A stretch of DNA of 64,000 bases, from contig RHPI01000026.1 in NCBI GenBank assembly GCA_009103225.1, forward strand, positions 1-64,000. The letters run 5' to 3'. Below are positions 55,501-64,000 of the stretch, piece after piece. Positions within the stretch are counted from its first letter, which is position 1; every line of letters starts with the position of its first letter. This stretch comes from Chlorokybus atmophyticus (Eukaryota; Plantae; Mesostigma and Chlorokybus algae). Both the position numbers and the translations under genes were made by a program. The notes under the pieces are model-generated. The model was given only the letters and a program-made list of their open reading frames with translations. It searched no databases and was not told where the DNA came from.

Positions 55501-57000
55501 ACTGCAAAATTCAGCAAGGTAGCCAATACCCCGCATGTACAATGGTCGTAGATGAATGCCGTGGAAATGACCAGCTTGTGTAATGGCATGCTCGACCGTA
55601 ATTGCCCTTTTGAACAATGTCACATCTTTAGCGTGCAAGTGTAAGCTGCAATACATCGTAAGTTGACAAGTATCGCATAAGGTATCATCCGACATTTGAT
55701 AGCCGTCAGCCACGTGCTGCAACAACCGGCGTAAATGTAAAAAGTATAAAACATAACATACGTCAGTCTCATTGGCGTGACATTCTTAATGCCATGTTTC
55801 AGGCACACCACGCTTTTATAACTTCCAATGACGGTTTGCATGGGACACTTTGTGAGCTACTAGATTATCTGTAGTATAGCTTATAAGAAGATGGCCATGC
55901 AAACCGTCATTACGGGACCCATATTATTTTATTGGATAAAAGCCTTTAAAAAGTCAAGCCTCTTTGATAGTGAACGATGAACATTTTTTCAGACCTCTTT
56001 CATGATCGTGTTCAAAGTTCGTATAAGACTTATCAAGACACCCTTTAACTGTCATATTAAAGTTTGACGTAATACGTGCATGGAGACATCTAAGCTGGCT
56101 ACCGTTGGACAATAGTAAATACGCTGTGTGTTAAAGTCTTCTTAGCGTTGTTTCATTTGCTTAAAAAGACTCTTCCCGTCTCATCAACCAACACGTTGTT
56201 GTTAACACTAGACTAGCCGGTGATTGTACTGTATTCAATACTGTTTTTCATGCAACTTTGGTAACATGCTGCAATAAATGTAAAGCCAAAAAGATCACAC
56301 CCCCTTGGGAAGGCATTCCTAATGATGTAAACACTCGTGAAAAATCACCTGTTGGGCCAATGGCGATACGAGCATGGCGTGAAAACTTTAGACATGCTTA
56401 AAAGTATGCAGCCTGCAACTGCGCAATGTGCTATAGTGTTATCACTTAGCAACATTTTAAACTTGCTAAAGTGTGCGCAAGTGAACAAGCACTTGCTATT
56501 AGCAAATGCTTGCTAGCATGTAATGATGCTATTGCAAGGTTGGTAGCCACAATATGGTTGATACAACTTGTGTTATTTTATTAATCACCCATTAAGTCAT
56601 GCTGTATTGCAATTTTGATGTGACGTAAAAATTTTAAGGGTGCTACATTATAAATCAATAAAACTTAACGCCAATTTTATCGTGTAGGCCTTTTACATCT
56701 CCTTGCAACCATATATGGCACGACCATAGAGTAACGCACATACACAATTCGCAACTTGGTGGCCAAGAAAGTTCGCTATTCAGTGTTTCTTTAATGCGAA
56801 TATAATAACTTAATATAACAGCCATCCTACTGTTATCTGACAAAAGTCAAGACTCGAACTTCAGCCTGAATACAATCAGATATCTTAAAACATACCACAT
56901 ACTGTACTGTACTGTACGAATATGCAAGAGCTAAGTGTATACTACAAAGCTTCCCGAATGAATCTAACTCCAAAACATGATCCCCCCCCCCCCTCCCCCC
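52600..57000. mobile_element. AT-richer decayed block with Cys-rich ORF fragments; probable transposon relics
   Basis: No intact gene. Contains short stop-interrupted ORFs with C-x2-C pairs (PKCGTC...CCLECG; CCNKCKAKK), an (ATAAT)n microsatellite and a poly-C run near 56982-57001. Confidence 0.35.
55098..55140. repeat. (ATAAT)n microsatellite
   Basis: TTATAATATAATATAGTATAATATAATATAATATAATACTAT. Confidence 0.95.
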
Positions 57001-57729
57001 CGCTCCGAATTGCATCAGGCAATGACAATTTCAGCCCCAGCACTGGGCCAGCTTGATGTGCAACTCTTCGCTCACTGACAGGCTTCACAGCACAGGCTGC
57101 GAGACAGCACCACGCTGTCCGACAAACCTCGACATGCACGCGACTTTACATCGGTCAGTCACGCAACACCGCTGCTGGGATTGGTGACGTGATGCCAGCC
57201 GCACTTGTGCGCGCAGCGGCCGTTGACCGAGACACGGTCTGACATAACACTTGTCGCAGAAGCGTGTGAAAACGTACCATGTGACTCTGACAAGTGTGTC
57301 ATACTCTCACTACTTATGTCAGTGACACGTGTCAGCGGCGTCTCAAAAGCTTACCGCAGCATAATGTATGCTGTAATTATTAGGGTGTCGTTCCAGTGAG
57401 GGCGGAGGGTTACGCTCCGTACGTGGTACGAAAACAGGAAAGCAAGGAACGAACAGCGGTTTTCAGTCTGAGAGTGTGCACACAGTTGGTGTTTGTTTGT
57501 GATTGTCTGTGGTGTTGTATCCCCCCACAACTTGTGTAGCAACTGCCCACAGGCATCTGCTCTAAGGCCTGCACTATCATCTACACTGTTGATGTGTTCA
57601 CTGTGTTAACAGTCCCCCACAACCCTCAGTTTGGCAATTGGCGTCAGTGTGGTTGCGGTTGAGTGTGTCATTGTGTTGGGGTGTGGTGATGTGGGTTTGT
57701 TGGTGTTGTGTTGTTGCAAGGCGTGGGGG

Positions 57730-59968
57730 ATGGGACGCAGCAAGGCAGCGCCGCTGCTGCTGATTAAAGTCCGTTCCTCAGATCAGGTGTGTACCTGCGC
57801 CCCTGTTTGTTGGCCTACTGCATACACACAGAGACACAGACAAACATACACTCAGTCACACGCTTCTCTGCAACACACTTGAAACGTTGATTGGCTTGCT
57901 ATCAATACGTGTCCTGTACAGCTAGCATATCTTGCTAGATGCTGATTCCCGCACAAGCAGCGCCAACATCAGGACCACAACTTCTTGTGGTTTACACTTT
58001 CTCATGCAATCCCAAACATGGCTCCAAGCCCATGGTGCTGCAGTTTGTCGCGTATAAGACAACCTTGTAATCAACATAAACAATAGTGACAACACACAAA
58101 CGCACACGCATGTGGATAATCAAGTTGGTGATGCGCGCGCATACACGCACGCGCACACACGCACGCATGCGAGAGAGATCTACAACACACAGACAGACAC
58201 GCACGCGCAAGATGTATACCAACACAAGCACAGTCTTCTGTCGTTGATCATCTCTTGCGTGCAAACTAATGCAACATACCCCTCAGGTTCCAGATACGGC
58301 GCACACGCTATCCTACCAACAGCATGTCCAGATTATCTCCCCGTTCCCCAGCACACGGCCGCCGCTCTCTAGACATCAATAACAGTGTCAACAACCACAA
58401 ACCCACTACTATCGGCCACCTCCCGCGTATCGGGAAGAGTCTCGACATCCCCGACGCACGGTGGCGGGAGGATGACACGAATGGGAATGGTGTGGGTGTG
58501 GGTGTGGGTGTGGGTGCTGATGCAGCAGAAGATAATGATTTTGTTATTGGGGACGTGTTGGGTGTTGACAAGCGTGATGACGGTCGGCCTACCACATTCG
58601 ACCACGCGCTAGTAAGGGGATTGTGGTGTTGATGGTGGTGACGATGATGACGTGCACTTGTTTGTGTGTTTGCGTGTGTCTGCTGGACACTCGCGCCCAC
58701 CCCCGCACGTGCACGCACGCACGGGCGCAGACACACGCACACACTTCCCTTTCATGCGCAAGCACGCACGCACGCACACACCTCCAAGCGCAAGCACACA
58801 AGCGTACGCGTACACACACAACATTTCTCTCCCGCCAGCCTGAATTTCAGTGGGTGTCTGAGCGTGAGCGCGAGCGTCGCACCAGCGAGTTCACGCGCTC
58901 GTTGGACCGCGGGGAGCGTCTGCAGCGTTCAAACTCAAGGCCGAGGCTGTCTCTATCGCCGGCCGCGTTGCCGACGAGTCGCTTCTCCTCGCCGCCGTCT
59001 TCCTCGGAGTCCTCCGCCACCATGTCCCCCACCACATCCAACCCAACCTCACCCACCTGCACAACCTCACCGTCGTTGAACCACGTTGACGCCCTCGCAC
59101 CGCACATCAAGTTCCCGCTCTCACGCAGCCGATCACTGGATTCCACCTCAGACTTGCGGCACGTAAGCGAGCACACACACATGCATGTATGCGCGCGCGC
59201 GCACGCGCACGCACATGCCCNCCACACAGCAACCTCCATGTTATCATCATCAGGCGGCAAAGCTTGAGCGGAGAGGGACGTTGCAGGATCGTTCCCTCGT
59301 ATTGAGACACGAAGAGGTGCCCAACAACAACACCAGTTCCAATGAGAACCCCCCTCAAGGCCCCAACGGCAACGCTGCCAGCACGGCAGCAGCAGGGCCT
59401 TCCCTCACGCGGCGCATGACGTTCGGGCGATGGTATCTCCCACCTTCAGAGGTAGGATTACCGGCATGTTTACAAGTTGACATGTGTATTTTTGGGTTGA
59501 TGTGTCACGGTATGGTGTGTCACCTACAACATTATGATTTATTGTTGTTGGTTGGTGAAAGCACAGTGGCGCAGCACGCAGCAAGTTGCAGGCAGCAGCG
59601 GTGGTAGTGGTAATGGTGACAACGCCACGATGCCCGCTTCTGCTATTCCGTTGACCAGAGTCTTCCACACAGAGAAGGTGGGTTGTTGTTATTGTTGTGT
59701 TGAAGGTTCAGCATGTGAAATAAATGCCATACACGCGCAGCCTGAGGTTTTAGACGACGTCAAGCGAAGGTACGGCGGTAAAGCATTTAAAGGTGAGGAT
59801 ATGTTGCGCATGTGTACTAATTGAGGTTGTATACTAGCAGCTTGCAAACGACTGCTCGTCCGTGCAGAGTACCTTGTTGAGAAGGGCGAGAGCGTCCCTC
59901 ATTACCTGGAGAGGGTCACCACAATCAAGGAGGACCGCAAGGCCGCTCTGGCCCTTCACCTCCCAAAG

Positions 59969-60045
<77 letters not shown>

Positions 60046-60335
60046 CTGTGTCTGTGTCTGTGTCTGTGTCTGTGTCTGTGTCTGTGTCTGTGTCTGTGTC
60101 TGTGTGACTGTATGACTGTGTGCGTGCGAGCGCATGCGCGCTTATGTCATATAAAGCCACACACATCATCAGTCACACTCCATGCAGGTATCCGAATCAG
60201 GGCCAGGGGAGCCCGACGGAGAGCAGAAGGGCGAGCGTTCTGGATTCGCCACCATTGTCTCCGCGCGCGACGGAGGACAGGCTTTCGAACTCTCTTGCGA
60301 GGCTGCGCGCACTGTCCACGGCGCGAGATAGCTAA
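57730..60335 (+). CDS. Unknown Ser/Pro/Arg-rich protein, multi-exon; start uncertain
   Basis: Phase-compatible GT-AG exons give ...RRMTFGRWYLPPSE...PEVLDDVKRRYGACKRLLVRAEYLVEKGESVPHYLERV...RLRALSTARDS*. Introns are filled with CA/TG and TC repeats. Confidence 0.55.
59974..60106. repeat. Compound (TC)n + (TGTGTC)n microsatellite at the start of an intron
   Basis: Directly visible; begins at the donor GT. Confidence 0.97.
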
Positions 60336-60594
60336 CGTGCGAGACATGTGTTTGCAACTTGTGTTGAGATGTGTGTCTTGCTGAAATGAAGCGCACATGT
60401 TGCCAGGCCTTGCATATACAAAGGTTGTATTACACAATGTGCCAATGCTTGGTCCAATGCGCTTGACAACTCTTCCTGGCTGCTCCACACCCAAAGCCGT
60501 CAACTCTAGCTCAACAGCTACAAGCTGGCATATACGCAATGTCCTGTTGTACAAACCTATCACTATAACATGCTACTTTCTGCACAATCATCCT

Positions 60595-63500
60595 TCACCC
60601 TTTGAACCCAATCATACTGGACCCCTCGCCTGTTTGAACCGGCATGTACTGTTCGCTCAGTCGAATGGTCGCCACCCTGTTTTGCTCTTCCACGAGCAGT
60701 CTTCCCTCCGCAAGCAAATTTTGAAGCGTCAGCTGCACACGTGGTATGTTCAGCAAGTTGTAGCGATTTGGTCGTTCACGTCAACTCAAAGCATGCCCTA
60801 CAGCATTTGCAACACTGCTAAACGCTAGTTGTTACCGCAGGCCTGTCAAAGGAAGGCTTGGCCTCTTTGCTATTGACGAGCCGCTTTCCCATCTCTTTTT
60901 CTCCTCCTATGCTTTTGATCCACTGCGAGCATGTCATCACGAGCATCAGACAGTGGCACAGGAATCTGGCAGTAAACTATGCCTGAAGTGCTCGTGTTGC
61001 TACTTACCGTCCTGATCTGATCATCGTATGTACGCGAACGCATTGCGCCATAGAAGTCCAATGCTGCCACAGATCAACGTTTGCTTGTAATCAAGTCAGT
61101 GTTCAAAGCAGATACAGGTGCTTGTACAACCTGACTCTGGTCATGTAGTGCATGGCAAAGTGACGCAAAAGCCGCAGCATGGCTTGTTGTGGGTTGTTAT
61201 AAGGTTTTGGTACATACGCTGATCGGGGTATGCGTCTACAAGCACCGCAATGTCACGTTCTGTAAAGCCGTCATCTCTATACATGCGATGGACAACTTTG
61301 ATTATGTCCTCCCGCGTAGGCTGCCTGCCCAGGCAACATGTCACAGTCAGAGGCATAGGCTCGCGTCACCCTGGTAAAAAAGCCAGCCACCACACAGCAA
61401 CCCACCAAAGAAACTTCTCCATCCGACCATCACGTATGAGCGGAGCGTAAATGGTGCTCAAGTCATTGCCGGTAACAATGATCGGTATCCTTTGCACCAC
61501 CTCATCTTCACGCCAAACTTCTCCAATGCTCACTTGCTCGGGGTTGTCCGCCAGATTCATGAGACTCCCAACAACCATCTGGTTGTTTACAGTCAGTTGT
61601 GTATTGGCTGCCACCAACCAGTATGTTAATAACCGCCGCAAGCTTCATGACTACATGCACAGCTTTCATAATAGCCGCTCCCAGTGCAGTGCTTACCAAA
61701 TCGCCCAATGCCAGCATCCAAGTCGTTGATCATCAGACAGCCCAACTTTCCCTAGATGGTAACATTACATGACATAATTGGCATGTGTGCATGCTCAACT
61801 CTTTTCACTGAACTGGCACTGACGAGGACAGAGCAGGCTATACCTTAATTCTTGCGGAAGCCGAAGCCTCCTTGTAGCGTTGGCGTATCAGTCTTCCTGG
61901 TTCACCTGTGAAACACGCTCAAGCTCAGCCGCAGAGTGACCAGTCTTATCCGTGACAACATATGACAGTCGCGTACTTGTGCACTAGCAATACAAGCACA
62001 TGCCTGCCCACTCGCCCTCGAGCTCTCCCGCTGACATGATGACCGGTTCAACGCCGAGAGCCTTGAAGATCAGCTCACATTGAAACGATTTTCCCTGGCC
62101 CTTAGCACCCCAGACTCCTAAGCAATAGATCATGCTTAGGCTTTGGACGGCTGCTATCCAGCAGGATACAACACAGACTATCCAATAAGGAGATGCATAC
62201 CATCCCTGTCTCTGACATGTGCACTTACCCAGTATAAGTGGCACGCCCACATTTGTCTCTTTGGGCAAAATGTAGTTCTTCATGATGTGCATGACTACAA
62301 CAACAGCAAGGCATGTTAGCAACCGCTTGGTGAAGTCCTCAATTACTTCACTTCGTTTTCAAAGACCCCAATATGCATGGAGACTGCTAGGTGCTTGTGC
62401 TGCTCTGAGGGCAAGAGGCGTTCACGCACGGCTCAAATCAAGTTGACAACATCGGGGCGTTTTTTCCACTCACCAACTTTTTCCTACACCAAACCAACGA
62501 GTATACAACATAGTCAGCACCACGCTGAGTTGTTGTTGATTTCTATTCTGACATGTGCACAACAATGCTGTACAGTCAACATCCGTAACAACCAACCACA
62601 CCTACCAGCAAAGCTGGCGCGATATAGTAATCGCCTTGCAAGTGGTTGAACTCTCGTGTCACCTTCTGACGGTATTTGAACACAATGTCCGCTATAATAT
62701 CAAGTCAGCTTGCTGGGTGCTTAGCTGGCAACAGTGCATATCCAAGTTAACTCGAGTGCATGAAGGGGGCTCACCGTCTTTGCCAAGGAAGTCCCCTATG
62801 AACACATCATCAATGACACCTTGCTTGGCGCCGACAGCAATGTTCATGTTTTCCGACTCTTTTCCCTGCTCGCATTGACCATAGCGTCAAGTGCACAGCA
62901 AGGATACGGGATGACCGTGACGACAGTCAACATGTTTCCACAGTTCTGCACAGCGCGTGCTGAGTTCATTGACTGAATGCGAGGTAACTGTGACTGCCCA
63001 AACACTGGCTTGAGAGTACATTTGCTTGCGAAAGCCTCCACTACGTCATTGACCCAGAGATTCAAGACCCTTAAAGCCACCCAAGATGGTGGATCGCATT
63101 GTACAGACACTGTACGTTAGTTGATCGTTGCTGTACTCTACACTGTGACGAGCTGCTCTTTCATGCGAAAGCACTCCAAGTCTGTGCCATGCGCGAACTG
63201 CCCCTCTCAGCAATGTGCCTCTTGCATACAGCAATGTCCGTGCGTTCAGCATACCAGCCAATGCACTCATTGCGCAGCTTGCATTAAGATTATAACATGA
63301 TAAGACAGCATAAACGCACCAGCTTGACAAGGTAGTCGTTGCCCTCGGAGTCAACAGCCTCCCATGAGGATTGCTTCGACAGCCGCTTCTGGTTGCTGTT
63401 GCTGCTGCTGCTCGCTGCGCCTGAAGTGCCTGGGTTCTGTTCCTGCCTTTGCGCAGCAACCCTGCGTGTGCTGGGCCTGGCAGCAGCAGTGCCCCGCCCC

Positions 63501-63625
63501 CGGCCACGCCCACTACTCCTGCTGCTGGTGGGTTTCTTGCTGAACTCAAGAGCCTTGGGCCACAGAGTTCTCGAAGTCATCCCCACACCTTCCCCCACCG
63601 ACATTGTCACCGCCGCCGCCGCCAT
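60595..63625 (-). CDS. RCA2: Rubisco activase-like AAA+ ATPase (RCA2-type) with a plastid-transit-like N-terminus, multi-exon
   Basis: GAKQGVIDDVFIGDFLGKD; VPLILGVWGAKGQGKSFQCELIF (Walker A); IMSAGELEGEWAG; TVNNQMVVGSLMNLADNP; PIIVTGNDLSTIYAPLIRDGRMEKF; LDFYGAMRSRTYDD; ends EQNRVATIRLSEQYM...GFKG*. Confidence 0.93.
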
Positions 63626-64000
63626 CGCCGCTACAGCACGCCACTGCGGCAAATACTCACAGCTCGGACACAGCAGCAATGCCACTTCGGTGCCATGCCA
63701 GTTAGCTACGAGTCGATAGGCTTACTGGTACGCACCTAAGTCAGTAAGTGGCACTGGCAGTAAGTGGCTCACTGAGTGCGACTCTGGCATTACATGCACG
63801 GTAGTACCATAATGTAGCATTAAGCAAAACGTCATGACGTTCAATTCGCATGTTGTAATCCAGTCGCAAACAAGTTCTTTGCAAGTGAATACTCTGACAT
63901 GGCCGCGATGAGATCAAATCCAGAGACAAGGCTTAGCTTCACAAGTACATTGCGATTTTATAGTAGTTCTTCCGAAAAACATATTCTATAATTTTTATAT

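Noticed and set aside
59834-60169. Minus-strand ORF as the RCA2 C-terminus
   Set aside because: RCA2 ends at 60595; this ORF is antisense to exons and a microsatellite of the plus-strand gene.
62895-62912. GTATCCTTG on the minus strand in RCA2 intron 1 as a U12 donor
   Set aside because: It is internal to a canonical phase-0 GT-AG intron and only about 40 nt from the acceptor.

Overview
Intron-rich nuclear DNA from a flagellated, photosynthetic green alga. Evidence: a Rubisco-activase-like gene, axonemal genes, and GT-AG introns with CTGAC/CTAAC-type branch points. TGTAA-like poly(A) signals after several stops weakly favour a chlorophyte. About 12 spliced genes can be reconstructed by hand: mitochondrial intermediate peptidase (-), insulin-degrading enzyme (+), TTLL polyglutamylase (-), ODF3/SHIPPO-repeat protein (+), unknown helical protein (-), RNA polymerase I subunit 2 (+), bacterial-type histidine phosphatase (-), axonemal-type coiled-coil protein (+), LOG-family protein (-), SUMO (+), unknown low-complexity protein (+), and RCA2-like AAA+ protein (-). 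Two AT-richer decayed blocks lie at about 1-5.4 kb and 52.6-57 kb. The strongest unusual signal is the first intron of RPA2, which is best explained as a U12-type (minor spliceosome) AT-AC intron: ATATCC 5' end, CCTTGAC branch site, AC 3' end, and a gap-free protein alignment once spliced. Also notable: a 1.2 kb perfect fold-back inside the TTLL gene next to an assembly gap, a decayed inverted duplicate of the unknown gene about 21 kb away, a probably bacteria-derived intron-containing phosphatase, strict strand alternation of ten consecutive genes, and sharp compositional domains. Everything was derived by eye; no searches were run.
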